Source: Cellvibrio sp.
GTDB lineage: Bacteria > Pseudomonadota > Gammaproteobacteria > Pseudomonadales > Cellvibrionaceae
NCBI RefSeq assembly: GCF_039207905.1
Contig: NZ_JBCECX010000007.1
Location: forward strand, 62,467 to 126,466
DNA: 64,000 bases
Direction: 5' to 3'
Part shown: positions 45,468 through 54,895 of the stretch, one piece after another
Position numbering within the stretch: position 1 is the stretch's first letter
Layout of the letters: every line of letters begins with the position of its first letter
Program-made: the position numbers and the translations under genes
The notes under the pieces: generated by a model
What the model was told of the DNA's origin: nothing
Databases searched by the model: none
Seen by the model: the letters and a program-made list of their open reading frames with translations, nothing else

Positions 45468-46952
45468 TTATTTAGGCAACAATGCAGTCCACGCGTGATA
45501 AGCATCCTGATACTCTGCAAATAGTTGCACCTGTGGCTCCACCACATTCAAACGCGTTAATCCGGTAAATGCTTCCTTCGCCGATGCGTAATAACCGCTT
45601 CCCAATGCCGCCGCGCGCGCTGCGCCTTCTGCACCATCGGTTTCAAACATCTCAACTGCTGCTTGGGTGGTATTGGCAAAAGTTTGCGCAAATACATCAC
45701 TCAAAAACATATTGCCTTTACCGGCACGCACAACCTCGCAACTGCCACCAAGGGATTTCAATACATCAAAGCCTTGGTTCAAGGAAAACACGATTCCCTC
45801 TTGCGCAGCGCGCACCATATGGCCCAAGCCATGACGGTTAAAATCCAGATTGCGCAATTGCGCGCCCAGATTTTTATTTTGGAAAATACGCTCAGCGCCG
45901 TTGCCAAAAGGATGGAACAACAAACCTTCGCTACCGACGGGAACCGACTGCGCCAATTCATTTAATTTTGGATAGGAAGGTGTAGCGCCCGCAGCACTGA
46001 TAGTTTGGCGCAACCAGGAATACAAACGGCCGCAACCATTCACACACACCAACACACCGTTGCGTTTTTTCTCTTCGGTGTTGGTGACATGAAGGAAGGT
46101 ATTTACACGCGATGCAACATCGGCAGCCGGTTGATCAGTCACACCGTAAATCACACCAGAGGTTCCCGCTGTGGCCGCAACTTCGCCCGGCTCCAACACA
46201 TTCAAACTAAATGCGTTGTTAGGTTGGTCGCCCGCGCGGTAGCAAATTTTTACTCCATCGCGCAAACCTAATTCGGCAGCAACGCCCGCACTCACTTGCG
46301 ATTGCACACCGAAGCTCGGTACCACATCAGGAATGACCGCAACATCAATTCCCCAGTGCGCCAACAACTCAGTGGCAACACGATTTTCTTTGAAATCCCA
46401 CAAGGTGCCTTCCGATAAACCGGATGCAGTGGTGTTAATCACACCGGATAATTTCATCGCAATAAAATCACCGGGCAACATAATTTTGTGGATGCGCGCA
46501 AACAACTCCGGTTGGTTTTCTTGCACCCAACGCAATTTAGCGGCGGTGAAATTACCGGGCGAATTTAATAAGTGACCGAAGCAATAATCGTGGCCAAGAT
46601 CAGTCAGTGCTTTATTGCCTAGCGGTACAGCGCGGCTATCGCACCAAATAATTGAAGGGCGCAACACTTGTTGATCTTTATCGACCACAACCAAGCCGTG
46701 CATTTGATAAGAAATACCAATCGCATCAATTTGTTTAGGATCAAAACTGCCGCGCGCAACTAAACGCGAAAACCCCTGACGCACACATTCCCACCAGGTA
46801 TCCGGATGTTGCTCAGCAAAACCTACTGCCGGGCTATCGATAGCCAGCTCTGAATCAGGATAGGAAAGCGCGCCCAGACTTTTACCTGTGTGACCATCCA
46901 ACACCGATAATTTGACCGAAGAACTACCGACATCAATACCGAGAAACAACAT
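45468..46952 (-). CDS. xylB: Xylulokinase (FGGY family)
   Basis: LGIDVGSSSVKL N-terminus, FGGY N- and C-terminal domains, and a position immediately upstream of xylA. Confidence 0.9.
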   Translation of the reverse strand: MLFLGIDVGSSSVKLSVLDGHTGKSLGALSYPDSELAIDSPAVGFAEQHPDTWWECVRQGFSRLVARGSFDPKQIDAIGISYQMHGLVVVDKDQQVLRPSIIWCDSRAVPLGNKALTDLGHDYCFGHLLNSPGNFTAAKLRWVQENQPELFARIHKIMLPGDFIAMKLSGVINTTASGLSEGTLWDFKENRVATELLAHWGIDVAVIPDVVPSFGVQSQVSAGVAAELGLRDGVKICYRAGDQPNNAFSLNVLEPGEVAATAGTSGVIYGVTDQPAADVASRVNTFLHVTNTEEKKRNGVLVCVNGCGRLYSWLRQTISAAGATPSYPKLNELAQSVPVGSEGLLFHPFGNGAERIFQNKNLGAQLRNLDFNRHGLGHMVRAAQEGIVFSLNQGFDVLKSLGGSCEVVRAGKGNMFLSDVFAQTFANTTQAAVEMFETDGAEGAARAAALGSGYYASAKEAFTGLTRLNVVEPQVQLFAEYQDAYHAWTALLPK

Positions 46953-47337
46953 AGAGGCTCGCTAATAAAGAGATTTAATGTGCCCGACCAATCAGCGCGG
47001 GACAAAACATGGGAAACCATTTTTGAAAACCAGTGCACTCTTATGATTAAAAATCATGCAGCGGCATAAACATGGCAATAGAATAGCTTATTGTCCATCT
47101 GACAACAACATAAAGAAGCGTAAATTTTCCTTAAAGTCGCATCAACATCCAAAACTGATATCAGAGTCAGATAATTCGCCACACAAGCGCCATATTGCTT
47201 TGACTTTTAACCACCAGCATTGGTAATAATGCGTGCGCATTAGCCTCTCGACCATTGTTCCACAGGCTTATACAATGCCCGGCAAATGAGCCATCGGTCA
47301 GAGCTCAATCAACCAACAGCAACAACCAGCGAAAGCT

Positions 47338-48084
47338 TTGAGGACATTGCACGTGCCCAATAACCATATTCCCGGCAGCCAACACTCTCCTAACGCCTCA
47401 AGCACCGCTGAAAATGTCATCAAGGCACTCTCCATAGACAACCTTGTCTTCGGGCTGGATGACGATGAATTGAAAATCCTGCTGGTCAAACAAACCGACC
47501 CGCTCCATCAAGGCAAATGGGCACTGCCCGGCGGCTGGATTCGCTACGACGAAAATCTGCGCGATGCCGCTTATCGTTTGCTAGAAGAATTGACCGGTGT
47601 GCGCGATCTGTATCTGGAGCAGCTGAAAACCTTTGGCCGCGTGGATCGTTTCCCAAATGAGCGCGTCGTCACCATTGCCTACTACGCATTGGTAAGCGCG
47701 GATAAGTTTTCGCTAGTAGCGGGCCAGAGTGCCGCCGATGTAAATTGGCAGAGCGTGAATAAACTGCCAGAACTGGTGTATGACCACGCTGAAATTATTG
47801 AACATGGGTTAAAAGTATTGCGCCATCAGGTTTGCCATCAACCAATCGGTTTTAACCTGCTGCCTGAAAAGTTCACCTTGCTGCAATTGCAGGCGCTTTA
47901 TGAGGCGATCCTCAATACCAAACTCGACAAACCCAACTTCCGCCGCAAGATCATGAAAATGAATCTGCTCTCTCCTTGCAATGAAAAGCAGCAAGGCGTT
48001 CCGCACCGCGCCGCCAGCCTCTATCGTTTTGATGCCGAAGCCTACAAACATTTGAGCGAATCCGGCTTTGCTTTTGAGATATAA
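47338..48084 (+). CDS. NrtR-family (Nudix-like domain plus winged helix) transcriptional regulator; candidate xylose/xylan regulator
   Basis: Nudix fold with a degenerate Nudix box (GGWIRYDENLRDAAYRLLEELTGV: RE->RL, EE->EL). C-terminal wHTH (LPEKFTLLQLQALYEAILNTKLDKPNFRRKI). Divergent from xylBA and upstream of the xylE-like gene. The start codon is non-ATG and uncertain. Confidence 0.75.
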   Translation: MRTLHVPNNHIPGSQHSPNASSTAENVIKALSIDNLVFGLDDDELKILLVKQTDPLHQGKWALPGGWIRYDENLRDAAYRLLEELTGVRDLYLEQLKTFGRVDRFPNERVVTIAYYALVSADKFSLVAGQSAADVNWQSVNKLPELVYDHAEIIEHGLKVLRHQVCHQPIGFNLLPEKFTLLQLQALYEAILNTKLDKPNFRRKIMKMNLLSPCNEKQQGVPHRAASLYRFDAEAYKHLSESGFAFEI

Positions 48085-48201
48085 CAAACCTGACAGTGAC
48101 ATATAGTCACAAAAACCATAAATAAGCTAAGATCGACCACTTTTTGTTAGACCCAAGACCTAACCAGCAGCACTTATAATTTCAATAAACAGGTATAAAA
48201 A

Positions 48202-49719
48202 ATGAGCCATGCACCAATAGATTCAGGATCGGCAGGCGTATCCACCGTTGCCGGTGAACGCAATATGACGTCCATCGTCATCATCAGTATTATCGCGACC
48301 CTCGGCGGTTTTTTATTCGGCTTTGACAGCGGCGTAATTAACGGCACCATCGATGGTTTAACCCAATCATTTAAAGCTGACCCCGGTGTTATCGGCACTG
48401 CAGTTGCGTCCATTTTGGCCGGCTGTGCCGTGGGTGCATTTGCGGCAGGAACACTGGCCGACAAGTTTGGCCGTCGCGGCGTACTTATCATCGCCGCCGT
48501 GCTGTTCATCGTATCGGCATGGGGAGCTGGTATCGCCAATAACGCTCCGGAATTTATTATTTACCGCTTGATTGGCGGCTTGGCGATTGGTGCAGCGAGC
48601 ATTATTTGCCCGGCCTACATCAGCGAATTAGTACCGGCGGAATATCGCGGCAAACTCAGCTCCATCCAACAAATTGCCATCATCTCCGGTTTGACTGCAG
48701 CGTTCCTGAGCAATTACTACCTTGCATCAACTGCTGATTACAGCGTTTGTGCTGGTGCGAATATCGCGCAAGAAGCTTGTAAAGAGTATCTGCATAACGA
48801 AGGTATCAAAGGCTCCACCATGCCTCTGTGGATGGAATTTGCAGCTTGGCGCTGGATGTTCTGGGTAGGAGTAATTCCTGCTGCAGTATTCCTGGTTGCA
48901 CTTTTGGTTATCCCGGAAAGCCCACGCTTTTTGGTAGCAAGTGGTAAAAAAGACAAAGCCCTTGCCGTACTAACCAAACTCTACGGAGCAAAAACCGCAG
49001 AACGTACTGTTGCCGACATTTATAACTCACTGGCACACGACCATAAACCGCGCTTCTCCGACTTGATCGATAAAACCAAAAACCGCGTGCGCCCGATTAT
49101 TTGGGTAGGTATCGGCTTGGCGGTGCTGCAACAATTTGTCGGCATCAACGTAGTGTTTTATTACGGCGCGGTACTCTGGCAAGCAGCTGGCTTCTCGGAA
49201 AGCGATGCACTGGCAATTAATATCGGTTCAGGTGTTGCCTCAATCGGTGCCTGTTTTATCACCTTCTTCCTGGTCGATAAGGTTGGCCGTAAGCCGCTGC
49301 TGTTGGTTGGTTCAATCGGTATGACCATCACCTTGGCATTGGTGGTCTATGCATTTATGGGCGCACCGCTGGACGACAAAGGCCACTTGGTACTGAGCGA
49401 TTCAATGGGTTTGACCGCGCTGATCGCAGCCAACTTGTATGTGATTTTCTTCAACATGTCCTGGGGTCCGATTGTGTGGATCATGTTGGGCGAAATGTTC
49501 CCGAACCAAATTCGCGGTACCGGTCTTGCGGTTGCGGGCTTCGCACAATGGGCGGCTAACTACCTGATCACTTGGAGTTTCCCAATCCTGCTGGCATCGT
49601 CACTCGGCCTCGCTGGCGCTTACAGCATCTACGCACTTTTCTCGCTGTTCTCACTCTTCTTCGTAGTTTGGTGGGTACGCGAGACCAAAGGTCTGGAGCT
49701 GGAGCAAATGGAGGGATAA
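48202..49719 (+). CDS. Sugar-porter-family MFS (XylE/GLUT-like pentose/hexose:H+ symporter)
   Basis: GGFLFGFDSGVINGT, GRRGVLI, PESPRFL, VRETKGLELEQME. Confidence 0.9.
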   Translation: MSHAPIDSGSAGVSTVAGERNMTSIVIISIIATLGGFLFGFDSGVINGTIDGLTQSFKADPGVIGTAVASILAGCAVGAFAAGTLADKFGRRGVLIIAAVLFIVSAWGAGIANNAPEFIIYRLIGGLAIGAASIICPAYISELVPAEYRGKLSSIQQIAIISGLTAAFLSNYYLASTADYSVCAGANIAQEACKEYLHNEGIKGSTMPLWMEFAAWRWMFWVGVIPAAVFLVALLVIPESPRFLVASGKKDKALAVLTKLYGAKTAERTVADIYNSLAHDHKPRFSDLIDKTKNRVRPIIWVGIGLAVLQQFVGINVVFYYGAVLWQAAGFSESDALAINIGSGVASIGACFITFFLVDKVGRKPLLLVGSIGMTITLALVVYAFMGAPLDDKGHLVLSDSMGLTALIAANLYVIFFNMSWGPIVWIMLGEMFPNQIRGTGLAVAGFAQWAANYLITWSFPILLASSLGLAGAYSIYALFSLFSLFFVVWWVRETKGLELEQMEG

Positions 49720-49740
49720 TTACCTCTTTGCTTGCAACGA

Positions 49741-49768
49741 AAAAGGCGAACCCAGGTTCGCCTTTTTT
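49741..49768 (+). terminator. Rho-independent terminator
   Basis: Stem ggcgaacc / ggttcgcc followed by TTTTTT. Confidence 0.8.
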
Positions 49769-50075
49769 ATATCTACTCATTTATGAATTCATAAGTGACC
49801 AGAAAGTCGACATTAATTAGATGCCAGCGCCCCAAAGCCACACACTGCGAGTGCAAAATTGCTCTTTTCTGGTCCGTCCTTACAAAATATTTTCACGCAA
49901 AAAACAAAAATACACGCCATATAGGATTGCTTATTTGAACTAATTCAGGCTTCTGACGTGAAAATCGTGCCGCGCAGTAAAATGGACTGAATATTGCTGT
50001 AACACGACTCAGACACTATGTTACCTCTGCAACATATCCCCCCGCAGGCTTGGTATTGAACTACTGGAGTAAGCC

Positions 50076-51158
50076 ATGGAAACCGCCCGTACCACCCCTC
50101 TCCCGCAAGACGCTACACATCAGAATCGGGACAAGATGCCCAATCTGGATGGCATACGCGCACTAGCCTGTTTATTCGTGATTATTTCGCACATGCCCTG
50201 GCCAGGAAATCTGGTGCTAATCGGCCCCGTAGGTGTGGGTGTATTCTTTGTCTTGAGCGGCTTCCTAATGGGCTATCTCTATGCCCAAAGTGAGTGTGAC
50301 TCCACATCGGTAGTCAAATACGGGATAGCACGCTTCTCGCGAATCGCTCCGATTTACTGGTGCGTTATCACCGTTTGTTTTTTACTGACGCAGTTTGAAG
50401 CGAGTGATTTCCCACTGCGAATAGAGGGTGTCACAAGCGTCACCCGCCACTATTTATTTGGCGGCAACGTCAGCATCTTCTGGTCAATTCCCTTAGAGGT
50501 ACAGTATTACGCCTTCTTCATCGCGATCTGGTGGTGTATTGCCAGCAGGCACCAATATCCATTCGCAATGCCACTTGCAATCTTCTTGTGTGCGCTGCTG
50601 GTACTCACCCACGCCTACTGGCCAAACTTGAGCCTGCCAAACAAATTGCATTATTTTCTGGCGGGCACTATTGCCGGCATGTTGCCGCGCAAAAGATGGG
50701 AGGGTGGCAATAATCAACTTGCGTTAAACCTGTTACAAATTGCAGCGCTAATTACTATTTTCCTGCCACTGAAATTATTCGATTCAACACCCGCGCTCTA
50801 CGATTCCGTAGAAATGGCTATCGCTTTTGCAATCGCTATCTATCTGCTGTCGATCACGTCAAATTGGACTGCACTGTTATTCGCATCTCCTTTTATGCGG
50901 AAAATTGGCCAAGCCAGCTTCTCCATCTATCTTATACACACATTAATTTTCTACTACGGATGCAAACTGCTTGGGCTAGAACACCGGGTGTATGAACCTC
51001 TCTGGCTGGTGTTGGGACTCGCAGGCTTGCTAATCCCAATGGTGATTTCGCATTACATCGAAATGCCGATGCAGCGCATGACACGCAAGCGCCTGGAAAC
51101 ACTTTTACTTCGAAAAGATAATGTACGAGCCGTGCCACAAACAAGCCAAGCCCTTTAA
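50076..51158 (+). CDS. Acyltransferase family 3 (OafA/NolL-like integral membrane O-acyltransferase)
   Basis: LDGIRALACLFVIISH motif and about 10 TM segments. Size is 360 aa. Confidence 0.8.
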   Translation: METARTTPLPQDATHQNRDKMPNLDGIRALACLFVIISHMPWPGNLVLIGPVGVGVFFVLSGFLMGYLYAQSECDSTSVVKYGIARFSRIAPIYWCVITVCFLLTQFEASDFPLRIEGVTSVTRHYLFGGNVSIFWSIPLEVQYYAFFIAIWWCIASRHQYPFAMPLAIFLCALLVLTHAYWPNLSLPNKLHYFLAGTIAGMLPRKRWEGGNNQLALNLLQIAALITIFLPLKLFDSTPALYDSVEMAIAFAIAIYLLSITSNWTALLFASPFMRKIGQASFSIYLIHTLIFYYGCKLLGLEHRVYEPLWLVLGLAGLLIPMVISHYIEMPMQRMTRKRLETLLLRKDNVRAVPQTSQAL

Positions 51159-51285
51159 CTCAAACCTACTAGTAACCGTCAAGGACGACGCTTACAATTC
51201 TAAATAATGCAACTGGTATACAAGCTCTCATGACTTATGGTGTAATTGACAACAACAATAACACCATAAATAAGAGCACATCACC

Positions 51286-53115
51286 ATGCCGCACTATTAT
51301 TCGCGCGTTTTACTCATTTCCCTTATTACAATTGGCCTCAGTGCTTGCGGCGGCGGAGGTAAAAGCAGTGGATCAAAATCCTCTCTAGCACCGTCAAGCT
51401 CAAGCACTCCCGTATCATCCACCGCTATTTCTACTCCATCATCTGAAGCGGCGTCAGCAACAACTTCTGTTAGCTCGTCAATTGAAGCCAGCTCCATGGC
51501 GGCCAGTTCTATTCCGGCCAGTAGCAGCTCTATATCCTCGGCTGCACTAACAGTTCTCACTCTGGATATGACCTCTGGCTGGCGAGGTAACGGTACCGGC
51601 AATACTGGGATTAATTACAACAGTGACGGCATAAGTTTCGCACCCAATGGCGATAATATCGGCGCAGTTACCGATCTTGCCAAACCAGTATTGCTAGAAG
51701 GGGCGGTTATCGAAATGATCGTTAACGTCAGCGACGAGTTCAAATCCAGCGGCACAAATCTTCAGATATTTGCGCAAATTAAAGGTGGAAGCTGGGCGGG
51801 AGAATGGAACTGTTGGTCAGCTAATAGTGAGCTGGCGGCCAATGCAGACTCCAAGGTTAGCTGCACCATTGAAGAAGCAGATAAAAAATTCAATCAGACC
51901 GATTACGATGTGCAAGTAGGCATTCAGGCCAAAGGTACACCTGCGAGTACAGTAACAATCAAAAGCGCTAAAGTGACCTTGGCAACCCAGGCGAACTCGT
52001 CCTCATCAAACACTACCTCCAGCGCAACCAGCACCTATTCTGCGAATGTGAATAGTCTGCGTGAGCTTGCAAGTTTTCCTATTGGCGTATCGGTATCGAA
52101 TAACGATTCACCAACCTACAACATATTGATGAATGCATCTGAAAAATCAGTTGTGGAAAAACATTTTAATCAGATGACGGCAGGCAACATCATGAAAATG
52201 AGTTACCTCCAGCCAACACAAGGCAGTTTCACCTTCACCAATGCCGATGCATTTGTCGATTATGCAAAAAGCAAAAATATTAATATCCATGGGCACGGAT
52301 TGGTATGGCACTCTGATTATCAGGTGCCCGGGTTTATGAAAAATTGGGGCGGCTCATCGAATGATTTTTTAACGGCGCTCGATGCCCATATCACCACTAT
52401 TGTGGATCACTACGAAACGAAAGATAACCTGGTTAGTTGGGACGTAGTCAATGAGGCACTGACTGACGGCACGCCTTCGACTTTCCGCACAACAGACTCC
52501 ACCTTTTATATTAAAAGCGGCAATAGTTCAGTGTATATCGAGCGTGCATTCCAAGCGGCACGCAACGCAAATGCCAACGTAAAACTCTATTACAACGATT
52601 ACAACATTGAGCAAAACAATAGCAAGACAACCAAACTGATTGACATGCTGACTGATTTCCAAGCACGCAATATCCCCATTGATGGAGTCGGTTTCCAGAT
52701 GCATGTTTGCCTCAACTACCCATCAGCTGCGAACATTGCAGCAGCGATGAAAAAAGTCGCTGATAAAGGCTTAATGGTTAAAATTACCGAGCTGGATGTT
52801 GCCATTAACCAACCTTACTGCGACAACTACCCCACTAATAAAATCAGCAGCTTCACCCAATCAGTAGCACTCAATCAGAAAAAACGTTACTGCGAGATTA
52901 TTAAAGCTTATTTGGATGCAGTACCGGAAGCACAGCGCGGCGGCATTACCGTCTGGGGCACCACTGACGCCAACACCTGGTTAAATGATCTGTACAAAAC
53001 TCAATTCAACAACGAGCAAATTGCCTGGCCGCTGCTATTCGACAATAACTATAACGATAAACCAGCGTTACGCGGATTTGCGGATGCATTGCAAGGTACA
53101 GTCTGCAGCAGCTAA
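51286..53115 (+). CDS. GH10 endo-1,4-beta-xylanase lipoprotein with a Ser-rich linker and an N-terminal CBM-like module
   Basis: Lipobox LSACGG; poly-Ser linkers; GH10 motifs GHGLVWH, WDVVNEAL (acid/base) and KITELDV (nucleophile). The architecture recalls C. japonicus Xyn10C (CBM15-GH10); this is from memory, so no symbol is assigned. Confidence 0.9.
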   Translation: MPHYYSRVLLISLITIGLSACGGGGKSSGSKSSLAPSSSSTPVSSTAISTPSSEAASATTSVSSSIEASSMAASSIPASSSSISSAALTVLTLDMTSGWRGNGTGNTGINYNSDGISFAPNGDNIGAVTDLAKPVLLEGAVIEMIVNVSDEFKSSGTNLQIFAQIKGGSWAGEWNCWSANSELAANADSKVSCTIEEADKKFNQTDYDVQVGIQAKGTPASTVTIKSAKVTLATQANSSSSNTTSSATSTYSANVNSLRELASFPIGVSVSNNDSPTYNILMNASEKSVVEKHFNQMTAGNIMKMSYLQPTQGSFTFTNADAFVDYAKSKNINIHGHGLVWHSDYQVPGFMKNWGGSSNDFLTALDAHITTIVDHYETKDNLVSWDVVNEALTDGTPSTFRTTDSTFYIKSGNSSVYIERAFQAARNANANVKLYYNDYNIEQNNSKTTKLIDMLTDFQARNIPIDGVGFQMHVCLNYPSAANIAAAMKKVADKGLMVKITELDVAINQPYCDNYPTNKISSFTQSVALNQKKRYCEIIKAYLDAVPEAQRGGITVWGTTDANTWLNDLYKTQFNNEQIAWPLLFDNNYNDKPALRGFADALQGTVCSS

Positions 53116-53212
53116 TAAATATTTATTGTGCAGGCTCATAGCAGCTAAAAATTTCTCCCTTTGGGTAGCTACGAAAGTAGTTGCCCATTTTTATTTTAAT
53201 ACGGTGAATGTC

Positions 53213-54880
53213 ATGAATATCAAAAGAACACTTCGGCTATTGTTTACCAGCAGCCTATTGCTCGTAGCGAACAATAGTTTTTCAAATAGTGTCAACTTTT
53301 ATCAATTCACCTATGAAGGGAAAGATTCTGTCTTTGCTCATAAACCGGCTGCAGGCCAATTTCAAAACCCAATCATCGCCGGATTTTATCCCGACCCCAG
53401 TATTACCCGTGCCGGCGATGATTATTACTTGGTTACCTCATCTTTTTCCTATTCACCCGGGGTACCTATTTTTCACAGCAAGGATTTGGTTAACTGGAAA
53501 TCACTCGGCCATGTGTTAGTTACCCCCAAACAATTACCACTCTACAAGCAGCAAACATCACGCGGAATTTATGCACCAACCATCCGCTATCACGATGGAA
53601 CTTTTTACCTGATCACCACCTTGGTTGATGTGCGCGGAAACTTTATTGTTACCGCTAAAAATCCCGAGGGCCCCTGGTCCGATCCGATCTTATTACCTGA
53701 AGTTGGCGGCATAGATCCCGACATTTTTTTCGACGATGATGGCCGCGTTTACATAGCGCACAATGATGCACCCATCGGCGAACCACTTTATGATGGTCAC
53801 CGTGCGATTTGGTTGTGGGAATTCGATCTCAAGAATAAAAAGGTCATTAAAGAATCCCGCCGTTTGATTGTTAACGGCGGTACTGATTTGGCAAAAAAAC
53901 CAGTGTGGATCGAAGCACCACATATCTACAAAATCAATGGTTGGTACTATTTACTCTGCGCCGAAGGTGGAACGGGATACGACCACTCGCAGGTTGTATT
54001 CCGCACTAAAGATTTAACCAAATCCTTTGAACCTTATGCAGGCAATCCGATATTAACCCAACGCGATCTTGATATTAATCGCCCCAATCCAATCACTACC
54101 GCCGGCCATGCCGACTTGGTTAAAACCAAAGAAGGTGAATGGTGGGCAGTATTTTTAGCTACTCGCGCCTATGACAAAACTGCCTATAACACCGGCCGAG
54201 AAACCTTTTTGTTACCCGTCAGCTGGAAGAATGAATGGCCAGTCATTTTAGAAAAAGGAAAAACAATTCCCTACCAACTCACCGCGCCCAAAACGGTAGC
54301 CAAAACAAAAAATACCGTGCCAACAACCGGCAATTTTGTTTGGCGGGATAATTTTTCCAGCGCTGAACTTTTGCACCCTTGGGTCAGCTTACGCACGGCC
54401 GATTCGCCTTTTTATCAGCTGCAAAAAAATCGCATCCAAATACAAGCACTAGATATTCGCCTCGATGAGTTAGAGCAACCTGCATTCCTTGGTCGTCGAC
54501 AACAACACACTCGCTTTAGTGCCAGTACTCAACTGGATCTACCAACAGAAAACACGTCAGCCGGTATAGTCGCACTACAAAGTGAAACGGCTCATTATTA
54601 CTTTGGTGCGCGTTCACTGAAGGGAAAACTGCAACTGTTTATTGAGCAAGCCAATAAAGGCGCACCCAAAATAATCCACACCATCACACCGAAGAATATT
54701 GGATCACGCTTAACACTAGCCATTGAAGGCGATGCAGGGAAGATTAGCTTTTACTACCAGACTAACGATGGCCGCAAAATAGCCGTTTTAGAAAATGCAG
54801 ATGCAAAAATACTTAGCACAGAGGTGGCCGGTGGGTTTGTCGGCACCTTGCTCGGCATTCACGCCAGGACAGAAAAATAA
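53213..54880 (+). CDS. GH43 beta-xylosidase/alpha-L-arabinofuranosidase with a C-terminal concanavalin-like (GH43_C2) domain
   Basis: Signal peptide MNIKRTLRLLFTSSLLLVANNSFS; NPIIAGFYPDPSITRAGDDYYLVTSSF. The start was re-chosen at ATG 53213; the ORF-track start at 52985 overlaps the GH10 gene. Confidence 0.85.
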   Translation: MNIKRTLRLLFTSSLLLVANNSFSNSVNFYQFTYEGKDSVFAHKPAAGQFQNPIIAGFYPDPSITRAGDDYYLVTSSFSYSPGVPIFHSKDLVNWKSLGHVLVTPKQLPLYKQQTSRGIYAPTIRYHDGTFYLITTLVDVRGNFIVTAKNPEGPWSDPILLPEVGGIDPDIFFDDDGRVYIAHNDAPIGEPLYDGHRAIWLWEFDLKNKKVIKESRRLIVNGGTDLAKKPVWIEAPHIYKINGWYYLLCAEGGTGYDHSQVVFRTKDLTKSFEPYAGNPILTQRDLDINRPNPITTAGHADLVKTKEGEWWAVFLATRAYDKTAYNTGRETFLLPVSWKNEWPVILEKGKTIPYQLTAPKTVAKTKNTVPTTGNFVWRDNFSSAELLHPWVSLRTADSPFYQLQKNRIQIQALDIRLDELEQPAFLGRRQQHTRFSASTQLDLPTENTSAGIVALQSETAHYYFGARSLKGKLQLFIEQANKGAPKIIHTITPKNIGSRLTLAIEGDAGKISFYYQTNDGRKIAVLENADAKILSTEVAGGFVGTLLGIHARTEK

Positions 54881-54895
54881 TACCGGGAGCGACTT

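Noticed and set aside
47100-47110. 11-mer TGACAACAACA shared between the xylB/regulator intergenic region and the xyn10 upstream region (51247-51257).
   Set aside because: Given ~4 kb of intergenic DNA on both strands, several shared 11-mers are expected by chance. It is not palindromic and has no third copy.
49781-49794. Perfect 14-bp palindrome TTATGAATTCATAA downstream of the xylE-like terminator.
   Set aside because: A few perfect 14-bp palindromes are expected by chance in 64 kb. It contains an EcoRI site but has no obvious relation to a promoter.
52985-53212. N-terminal extension of the GH43 ORF that overlaps the 3' end of the GH10 gene.
   Set aside because: The extension has no signal peptide and reads like off-frame sequence. 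A canonical signal peptide (MNIKRTLRLLF...) starts at ATG 53213.
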